From a virus (Duplodnaviria > Caudoviricetes): 64,000 bases of DNA. The position numbers and the translations under genes were made by a program. Below the pieces are notes generated by a model that saw nothing but the letters and a program-made list of their open reading frames with translations, ran no database searches and had not been told where the DNA came from. The DNA is taken from positions 4,721 to 68,720 of the IMG/VR virus record IMGVR_UViG_3300005459_000006, one strand, 5' to 3'. Positions 17,854 through 24,492 of this stretch are shown here, piece after piece; the stretch's first letter is position 1; each line of letters opens with the position of its first letter.

Positions 17854-18591
17854 ATGGCAATCGAAGCTGGTCAACGGTATACGGCAGGGCATAGCGGCTG
17901 CCGGAAGTTTCCCCTTCCGGTGCAAGTAGTGTGCCTGAACCCTGTCAAACCGTGGGTCACGGTCAGGGACGAGCTCGGCGTGCGAAGTGTACGACTTAGC
18001 ACGATGTTGCACTGCATTGCCCACGGTTGCATTGCGCTCCTGGATAGCAAGAATCGTGCCACCAATTCTTACAAAATTGGTGCTTGCAATCCAGCAAAAA
18101 CTGTGGTAGAATGCTCTCATGCTGGCGCACGGGACGCGTCGGCAAACAACGGCAGGCCAATAACGGCCGAAAAGGAGATTAGCATGGCGGAAAACAACGG
18201 CGTTCAGACCCTCACGTTCTACAAGAACCACAAGGGCATCTACAGCTCGTTCAGGCTCGCGGGCGTTCGCGGCTCGGTCAACATCACCAACAAGATGTTC
18301 GTCGACGGGGTCATCCCGCAGACCATCCAGGTCAGCGGCCTCGTGCCGGAGGGCAGCGGCGAGGTCCCGGCGGACGTCGACCGCGCGGCGGCAGCGGCGG
18401 CGAAGGCGCAGGAGCGCGCGGAAAAGGCCAAGGCGAAAGCCGAGGCGCGGGCGGCGAAGGCGCAGGCCATCGCCGACAAGGCCAAGGCAGCGGCCGAAGC
18501 GGCTCTGGCTCGGGCGGCCAAGGCGCAGGAGGCGGCAAGCAAGTCCGGTGCCACGTCCGGCGAGCAGACCGGCGAGACGGCGGGCATGTAG
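17854..18591 (+). CDS. possible N-terminally extended form of the Ala/Lys-rich protein, from a near-leaderless start
   Basis: ATG 8 nt after the -10 box at 17840-17845; frame stays open through the next promoter into the 18184 ORF. Confidence 0.3.
   Translation: MAIEAGQRYTAGHSGCRKFPLPVQVVCLNPVKPWVTVRDELGVRSVRLSTMLHCIAHGCIALLDSKNRATNSYKIGACNPAKTVVECSHAGARDASANNGRPITAEKEISMAENNGVQTLTFYKNHKGIYSSFRLAGVRGSVNITNKMFVDGVIPQTIQVSGLVPEGSGEVPADVDRAAAAAAKAQERAEKAKAKAEARAAKAQAIADKAKAAAEAALARAAKAQEAASKSGATSGEQTGETAGM
18184..18591 (+). CDS. Ala/Lys-rich helical-tail protein, paralog A
   Basis: AAGGAG RBS; N-terminal beta domain QTLTFYKNHKGIYSSFRL plus AAAAKAQERAEKAKAK tail. Confidence 0.85.
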   Translation: MAENNGVQTLTFYKNHKGIYSSFRLAGVRGSVNITNKMFVDGVIPQTIQVSGLVPEGSGEVPADVDRAAAAAAKAQERAEKAKAKAEARAAKAQAIADKAKAAAEAALARAAKAQEAASKSGATSGEQTGETAGM

Positions 18592-18601
18592 TTTGCAGGG
18601 A

Positions 18602-18627
18602 CCGGGCTGACCTTCGGGTTGGCCCGG
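18602..18627 (+). terminator. GC hairpin with C(UUCG)G loop after paralog A
   Basis: CCGGGCTGACC-TTCG-GGTTGGCCCGG. Confidence 0.6.
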
Positions 18628-18967
18628 TCCTTGCAGACGAGGATTTCGGGCACGGAGCTTGCAGGGACGGCCTGAGCGTATGCAAGTTCCGTGCCACTGA
18701 TTTCCGTTAGTCGCAAGGCGACTTCCTACGATCTTCGCGACGACCGCGAGGATGCGATGGGAGGTCGGGTTCTTCCCTCCTCGGATATTGGGGCTATCGG
18801 CTCCTGGACCTCGGCAAATCTGCACGATTCTGCACAGACCTGCACACATTCTAGCATCTTACAATTTTGGTACTTGCATTCTGGCGGGCACCGTGCTAGA
18901 ATGGTCTTACGTTGGGCGCACGGTTCGCGACCTAACAAACAAGCGGCAAGGCCGCTGAAAGGTGTGT

Positions 18968-19339
18968 ATGGATACCATTCTGCAGACGCTGACGTTCCAC
19001 AAGACCCACAAGGGCATCTACAGCTCGTTCCGCCTGCCCGGAAACCGCGGGTCGGTCAACATCACCAACAGCCTGTTCATCGGCGGCGTGGTCCCCGCCA
19101 CGATCCAGGTGTCCTGCCTTGTGCCGGAGGGCTTCGGGCAGGTGCCCGATGACGCGGAAAAGGCCGCCGTGGCGGCTGCGCGGGCACAGGAAAAGGCCGA
19201 CAAGGCGCGCGAGAAGGCCGAAGCGCGGGTGGCGCGCGCGAACGCCATCGCCGAGAAGGCGCAGGCGGCTGCGGCCGCTGCGCTCGCTCGGGCGCAGGCT
19301 GCGGCGGAGCGGGTCAGCGGCGACGAAGCTGGCGCGTAG
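18968..19339 (+). CDS. Ala/Lys-rich helical-tail protein, paralog B
   Basis: QTLTFHKTHKGIYSSFRL..RGSVNITN, clearly homologous to 18184-18591; followed by a similar hairpin. Confidence 0.85.
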   Translation: MDTILQTLTFHKTHKGIYSSFRLPGNRGSVNITNSLFIGGVVPATIQVSCLVPEGFGQVPDDAEKAAVAAARAQEKADKAREKAEARVARANAIAEKAQAAAAAALARAQAAAERVSGDEAGA

Positions 19340-19557
19340 TTTGCAAGGGACGGGTCAGCCTCCGGGCTGGCCCGTTTCCTACGTTCCTCGCCTGAGGTCG
19401 TAGGATGGGATAGAAATCACGATCATCGATACCACGGATACTAGGGCTATTGGCGATCCTCCTGCACAATCCTGCACAGAGAACTCCCGGATTACAAAGA
19501 TAGTAGTTGCATCCAGTTTAAAACTGTGGTATCATGCTCTTACATTGGAGGTGGGCA

Positions 19558-19884
19558 TTGAACGCGATTAACTTCATCGAGGCCATCAAGTCGGTTCGGA
19601 CGCTCGGTCACAACCGTTACGAGGTCCGTCAAGGCATCAACGGTCAGGTCATCCTCGAGCCGGTCCCGTCGGTTGGCCTGAAGGAGGCCAAGGACTTCAT
19701 CGAGGAGGTCATGGCGATGGGCGTCCGTCGTTATCTGCAAGAGCAGATCAACGACTCCGACCGGAAGCTGGCTGATCGCATCCGCGAGCGGGACTATCAG
19801 GCACGGCGGGAGCAGCAGTCGTCGGCTTTTATCTCGGCTGATGATGCGGCTCCGCATCGCTACGACGACGACATCAAGTTCTAG
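19558..19884 (+). CDS. hypothetical protein with a ribosomal L7/L12 C-terminal-like motif (VGLKEAKDFIE)
   Basis: GGAGG RBS then TTG start; motif similarity only. Confidence 0.55.
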   Translation: MNAINFIEAIKSVRTLGHNRYEVRQGINGQVILEPVPSVGLKEAKDFIEEVMAMGVRRYLQEQINDSDRKLADRIRERDYQARREQQSSAFISADDAAPHRYDDDIKF

Positions 19885-19955
19885 CAAGAATCGTGCCGGA
19901 TGCGATTACAATCTTTGTAGTTGCATCCGGCAGAATTCTGTGGTAGAATGTTCTC

Positions 19956-20063
19956 ATGGTTAAGCACTGCGCCGCCTGTCACGCCGAAACGGAATTCGTG
20001 GTTACGCCGAACGGGCTCCGGTGCCTGATCTGCAAACTGATGAGAATGAGGTGGATCCGATGA
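19956..20063 (+). CDS. 35-aa leaderless Zn-finger peptide (not in ORF track)
   Basis: ATG 6 nt after TAGAAT; MVKHCAACHAETEFVVTPNGLRCLICKLMRMRWIR. Confidence 0.6.
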   Translation: MVKHCAACHAETEFVVTPNGLRCLICKLMRMRWIR

Positions 20064-20260
20064 GTGATGACCGCTCGATCAAGATGCACTGCGACGAGGA
20101 GATGCGCTCGCAGATCGAGTTCTGTGTCCGTCGCTATCGCTGGGAGGTCGAGCGATGGATTGAGCGGAAGCGAGCTGCGGGGCAGCCGATTGGCGACCTC
20201 CAGCGTGAGCTCGAGCTCACCGACAAATGCCTGAAGGAGGCACAGGAGGCGGGGACCTAG
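20060..20260 (+). CDS. small helical hypothetical protein
   Basis: ATGA coupling and GAGGTGG RBS. Confidence 0.65.
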   Translation: MSDDRSIKMHCDEEMRSQIEFCVRRYRWEVERWIERKRAAGQPIGDLQRELELTDKCLKEAQEAGT

Positions 20261-20475
20261 CATGAAACATGCCATCGCCTACGGGCTGACGCTCCGGAAA
20301 GACGGAGTAATTTCTTAGATTCCCTCTGGGCGAGCTGAGGACTCGCCCAGAGGCGTCGTGCAATGAACTCCTCGATGCCCCAGTCCGCAAGGCTCTTTTC
20401 CTCTTCAATTACAAAATTAGTGGTTGCAAACCGTTTAAAACTGTGGTATAATGCTTTCATGATGAGGGAGGTCAA

Positions 20476-20814
20476 ATGGACGGACTCGTAACGGTGGAGG
20501 TCAAGCTGCGGGCGGTGATTCGGATCCCGCGCAACATCAACTTCCGGCTGAAGCAGGGCAACGACGCCACGTTCCAGCTCTGGGAGACAGACCTCGGGAA
20601 TCGGCTCGGGGGACAGGCGGTCGTCGACGAGGTGAACGAGGTCATCGCCCTCGCCGTGGGACAGCGAAATCACGCTCAGGGCGAGCGGGCCAACGAAACG
20701 CCTGTCGAGAACCTCGGCGACGTGACGCGCGAGACGCTGGCGGAGCATCTCGCCGACCGCGTGGTCGAGATGACGATCGCCGGTCGTCGCGGGCAGAAGC
20801 GGAGGAAGAAGTAG
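20476..20814 (+). CDS. hypothetical protein with basic C-terminus
   Basis: own promoter and GGAGG RBS. Confidence 0.75.
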   Translation: MDGLVTVEVKLRAVIRIPRNINFRLKQGNDATFQLWETDLGNRLGGQAVVDEVNEVIALAVGQRNHAQGERANETPVENLGDVTRETLAEHLADRVVEMTIAGRRGQKRRKK

Positions 20815-20885
20815 CACGAAATATGCCAGATGCAATTACAATCTTTGTAGTTGCATCTGGCGATGTTCTGTGGTAGAATGCTCTT

Positions 20886-21122
20886 ATGCCAAACAACGTT
20901 CCGACCGCACGCTTCAACATCGCCGTCGACGAATACGAACTCGAAATTGTTCGTCAGGCTCTTCGCGCCTACCGCAGCAAGCTCCTTGCTGAGCTCGATG
21001 AACTCATCGAAACGAGCAAGGACCTCTGCCCGACGGACAATCCGGAGAACAATCCGGACGTCTCGACGACTCGTGAATGGCTGGACCGTCTCGCTGTGCT
21101 TCGCGAGCGCGTCGCTGCCTAA
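20886..21122 (+). CDS. leaderless hypothetical protein
   Basis: ATG 6 nt after TAGAAT. Confidence 0.75.
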   Translation: MPNNVPTARFNIAVDEYELEIVRQALRAYRSKLLAELDELIETSKDLCPTDNPENNPDVSTTREWLDRLAVLRERVAA

Positions 21123-21317
21123 AGCAAGAATCGGGCCAGTTCTGCAAACGGACTGGCCCGACCTCTTTCCCTCTTCCTCGAGGGAGTCGGGAGGATTGGA
21201 CAGAAATCGGTCTGGGCGATTCTGGAAATGCCCCAATACGAACAACGAAATATGAACAACGAAAAACGAAACATGAAATGGCTTGCATTTCCCGGGAACC
21301 TGTGGTAGAATGCTCTT

Positions 21318-21533
21318 ATGCCGAAAACGAAACTCGTTTCATGGGTTGTGTACCACGTTCACGTCAAGATCAAGGCGGACACGAAGGAGCGCATCGAGGA
21401 GGTCGCCAAGAAGACTCGCCGGGACATCGGCTTCGATATTCGAGGCCGCGGCATTTGCTTGGAGGTGGAAGATGATTCGCTAATCGTCAATCTCGAGAAG
21501 ATCTGCGACGCCGAGGAAGTCCGGGTGGACTGA
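21318..21533 (+). CDS. leaderless hypothetical protein
   Basis: ATG 6 nt after TAGAAT. Confidence 0.75.
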   Translation: MPKTKLVSWVVYHVHVKIKADTKERIEEVAKKTRRDIGFDIRGRGICLEVEDDSLIVNLEKICDAEEVRVD

Positions 21534-21600
21534 ACACTTACAGAATTGGTAGTTGTCAATTACCACGTTCTGTGTTACAATGCTCTGCATGGAGGTCAGC

Positions 21601-21807
21601 ATGGCATACGTCAGGCCGAATTTCAAGTCGAAGAAAGAGCTGAAGGACGCGGTCGCCGCCGGTCGCACGGTCACGGTCTTCCAGCCTGGACTGGGCTCGG
21701 TTCCAGTCAACGGTGAGATTGACGTCGAGGGACCTCACTTCCCTCAGCCTCATCGTTGGTATGGATACGTGACGCTGGAGGCGGGTCGGGTCGTCAAGGT
21801 CCGCTAA
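21601..21807 (+). CDS. small phage protein (RPNFKSKKELKDAV...EGPHFP.PHRWY)
   Basis: GGAGG RBS and own promoter; motif recalled from small early phage proteins. Confidence 0.8.
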   Translation: MAYVRPNFKSKKELKDAVAAGRTVTVFQPGLGSVPVNGEIDVEGPHFPQPHRWYGYVTLEAGRVVKVR

Positions 21808-22228
21808 GGGACCGGAGTGAGGTTGGCCGAGCGCTGACCTCACTCTGCTCAGTTTTCGTTTTGATTGGAAATCGCCCGCAAATCCCGCCTTTAGAGCGCA
21901 TCACGATGGCTCCCCGGCTCAACTTGAGCCAGATCGTGCAATTCCGTCCGCCCATCCGTTAACGCCCATCGCCACCAATCCCGCCAGAACTCGCCAAAAG
22001 GGGATAGGAACGTCCAGCCGAAGTATGCCCGATACTCGGGGTATCGGTCCTATCCCATCCCCGATATGCAACGGTCGTGCCAGACCGTGTTCTACCAAAA
22101 TGTAACACGAAGTACGGAAATGGCACACTTTCCTTTACGGAAGTGCACATCGTTGCACGATTTCGCGCTGGCATCGGCCATGCACTCTTAGTCGGCGGCA
22201 ATTACGCCAGCTTCGAGGTAAAACTTAC

Positions 22229-22429
22229 ATGACCAAATTTGTTATCCAGGCGCATACCAACGGCACGAAGATTGCAATCCCCGCTCCGGGCCATACGGCC
22301 GAACGCGCCCTGCATAACGTGCGCCGGAACCGCTGGGTCCGCCACGCCGCCGTGCTTACCGTTTTTGAACGCAAAACCGGAAATTTGGTTTTGGCGGTCA
22401 ACGGTCCGCGCCGCGCGGCTTCCTACTAG
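22229..22429 (+). CDS. small basic hypothetical protein
   Basis: GAGGT RBS; sigma54-like motif at 22169 upstream. Confidence 0.55.
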   Translation: MTKFVIQAHTNGTKIAIPAPGHTAERALHNVRRNRWVRHAAVLTVFERKTGNLVLAVNGPRRAASY

Positions 22430-22437
22430 CAAAATCC

Positions 22438-22463
22438 GGGCCAGCCTTCGGGCTGGCCCTTTT
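22438..22463 (+). terminator. hairpin with C(UUCG)G loop and short U tract
   Basis: GGGCCAGCC-TTCG-GGCTGGCCC-TTTT. Confidence 0.7.
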
Positions 22464-22480
22464 CTGCAAGGGATGTACCA

Positions 22481-22738
22481 ATGACGAATAACCAATTTGA
22501 CATTTACGATACTGCCCTCCTCGAGATGGCATGTGATTTGTATCAGTCTATCGGCCACGACCTCCAGGCCGCGGCCGGTCTTGGCACGGAAGATGCATAC
22601 GTCGAGGATGAGGAAGTGGCATCCATCTTGCAGGACCGGATGCGCGATTATCTGCTGGAACATGGCACGAATCTTGTTCCGCTCTGGGATGCCCTGTCCG
22701 ACGACAAGCGCTTTCGCTTGTGCCTGATGGCACTATAG
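22481..22738 (+). CDS. acidic hypothetical protein
   Basis: AAGGGA upstream; 85 aa. Confidence 0.55.
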   Translation: MTNNQFDIYDTALLEMACDLYQSIGHDLQAAAGLGTEDAYVEDEEVASILQDRMRDYLLEHGTNLVPLWDALSDDKRFRLCLMAL

Positions 22739-22950
22739 GTTAGAATCCCGCTGGAAGTCGCCAAACGGCGATATCCAGTGGGTTGATTTTAAGCTGCAGA
22801 CTCGGGGTATCGGGTCCAGGCCATGCGCCGTTCCTGTCTGTGTTCACCCAAGATGTAACACAGGCGCCAGAATTGTACACAGCTCGTGCACGATCTTGCG
22901 CGGACCTGCACACTTCTATACGTGGCACGACCCATGCTTATCTATAGGGC

Positions 22951-23064
22951 ATGGCAAACAAGGCATCGACCAAAATCGTAATCACCCAGTATTACAAAAT
23001 CGGTAACGACATCTATGCTCCGATTCAGTACATCCCGCTTGTGCTGGTCGCTAGCAAGAACTAG
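22951..23064 (+). CDS. 37-aa peptide (not in ORF track)
   Basis: ATG about 2 nt after the start site predicted from the sigma54 motif at 22923. Confidence 0.35.
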   Translation: MANKASTKIVITQYYKIGNDIYAPIQYIPLVLVASKN

Positions 23065-23068
23065 GCCA

Positions 23069-23185
23069 ATGGCAAAATACACAATCGTAATGACGCGGTC
23101 CGAGTTTAGCAAAAAGCCTGCCAAAAAGCGTATCAAATCTATGCTCAAGGCAGGCGGCGGCGTCCGTGTAATTTTTACTCGGTAA
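23069..23185 (+). CDS. 38-aa basic peptide (not in ORF track)
   Basis: MAKYTIVMTRSEFSKKPAKKRIKSMLKAGGGVRVIFTR, starts 4 nt after the previous stop. Confidence 0.35.
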   Translation: MAKYTIVMTRSEFSKKPAKKRIKSMLKAGGGVRVIFTR

Positions 23186-23212
23186 ACACGTAACCCTAGC
23201 AAAGGATGTGCC

Positions 23213-23401
23213 ATGAAGGATACCATTATTGTAATCATCGTCTTGGCGTGCCTCTGGCTCGCTTCTTGCAGTTCGCCCGTCGCGCCTGCACACATCTGCA
23301 CGACCCAGCCGAGGGCATATGCCCTACCTGACGGAAGTGTAAGTATGGAGGTGGACACGTATGCAAGTCCCGTGCCGTGTCCTGCTGTGCCCATCCTGTA
23401 A
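23213..23401 (+). CDS. small lipoprotein
   Basis: MKD plus hydrophobic core plus lipobox LAS-C; AAGGA RBS. Confidence 0.6.
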   Translation: MKDTIIVIIVLACLWLASCSSPVAPAHICTTQPRAYALPDGSVSMEVDTYASPVPCPAVPIL

Positions 23402-23629
23402 CACATACGGTAAACCCTTGATACGCAATGGTTTACCGTGCTCCGTTTTGGTAGGCACGGGAACCAAAATGCAACATGGTCCTACACGAAGTAGCACAGG
23501 GTTGCACACCTCTACACATGGTACGGATGGTGCAGTAGTCAATGGCATGGCATACGGTAAACAGCATCCTAACCCACGCGTCCCTTACAAGGTTGTAAGT
23601 GCGCTCAAGCGCACAAAGGCAGGTAAATA

Positions 23630-23896
23630 ATGACTCTTGGCACCGTTCTTGCTCGTGGTTGGCAGGCTCCCTCCGGTTTGGCCGCATACCCGCAGGTCCC
23701 CGTTGGCACGGACATTGCAGCGGCTACCTACCGCTACAATGCCTCCTTGGCACGGTTCCTGCGGCTTACAGAAATGGCAGTGGCACGGCGCAGCAAGATT
23801 CGTGCCGCCCATCGCCGCTACCTGCGCCGCATTGGCATGCCTCTTGCTCCCCTGCCCAAGGGTAGCAAGTATCGTGCCAAGGGTCGTAAACCCTAG
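23630..23896 (+). CDS. basic hypothetical protein; may be secondary to the RpoN-motif array it overlaps
   Basis: ORF track; six sigma54-like motifs inside. Confidence 0.35.
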   Translation: MTLGTVLARGWQAPSGLAAYPQVPVGTDIAAATYRYNASLARFLRLTEMAVARRSKIRAAHRRYLRRIGMPLAPLPKGSKYRAKGRKP

Positions 23897-24242
23897 CACT
23901 AGCAAGGGCCGTGCCATCACCTCCGGTGGCACGGCTTATTTCCACGTACTAATTCTGTAATACATATCTGTAAGTACCATCCTGTAATTACAATCCTGTT
24001 CTTACAATTTCGTTCGGCGGGTTCCGGGTTTCGCGTCGCTCGTCCATCGCGCATCCCCAATCCCGCTCCCCAAATTGACTTCACCTATTCCCGGAAACCG
24101 AAACCCGCCAGCTAAATCACGGAATTCCCAACCCGCCTCCCAAAGCCAACCGGAACAGCCCTTGACATTATTATTCGCGCGGGCGCGAGCGCGTAGCAAG
24201 GAACATGCCAAGCACCGTTCACCGTGTAACTCTTACATGGGC

Positions 24243-24271
24243 TTGCAATCGAAGACGTCTTGTGGTATACT
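24243..24271 (+). promoter_or_regulatory. sigma70-type promoter upstream of the packaging genes
   Basis: TTGCAA-17 nt-TATACT preceded by TGTGG. Confidence 0.75.
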
Positions 24272-24492
24272 GAATTTTTCCGTAGGGTTGAGCACGCTCC
24301 AAGGGTGAATTCGGTGACAAACACCTTCCCTCGAATAGCGGCGATTCTGGTATTCCTTCTGCTTGCGTGGCAGATCTATATCAGTATCTGGGATTGTCGT
24401 AACGCTGGCTCACTCGTAGCGTGCAAAGCGATTACGATTGGCAACCACACTTTCGCCGCCGAGTTCACGAGTCGAAGGCACTAGGTATAGGA

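Larger units (their letters stand above)
17802..21581 (+). promoter_or_regulatory. nine repeated strong sigma70-type promoters, each heading a small-gene cassette
   Basis: -35 TTGCA(A/T)/TTGTCA at 17817, 18084, 18874, 19507, 19921, 20424, 20851, 21283, 21553, each with a 17-nt spacer and a TG-extended TAT/TAG/TAC-(A/C)AT -10; eight have TTACA exactly 10 nt upstream of the -35. Confidence 0.9.
17773..24210. promoter_or_regulatory. array of about 27 sigma54 (RpoN) -24/-12-like motifs on both strands
   Basis: Perfect TGGCAC-N5-TTGCW at 18046(-), 18681(-), 22067(-), 23198(-), 23638(+), 23704(+), 23864(-), 23901(-); about 19 further copies with 1-2 mismatches and identical spacing. Confidence 0.8.
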
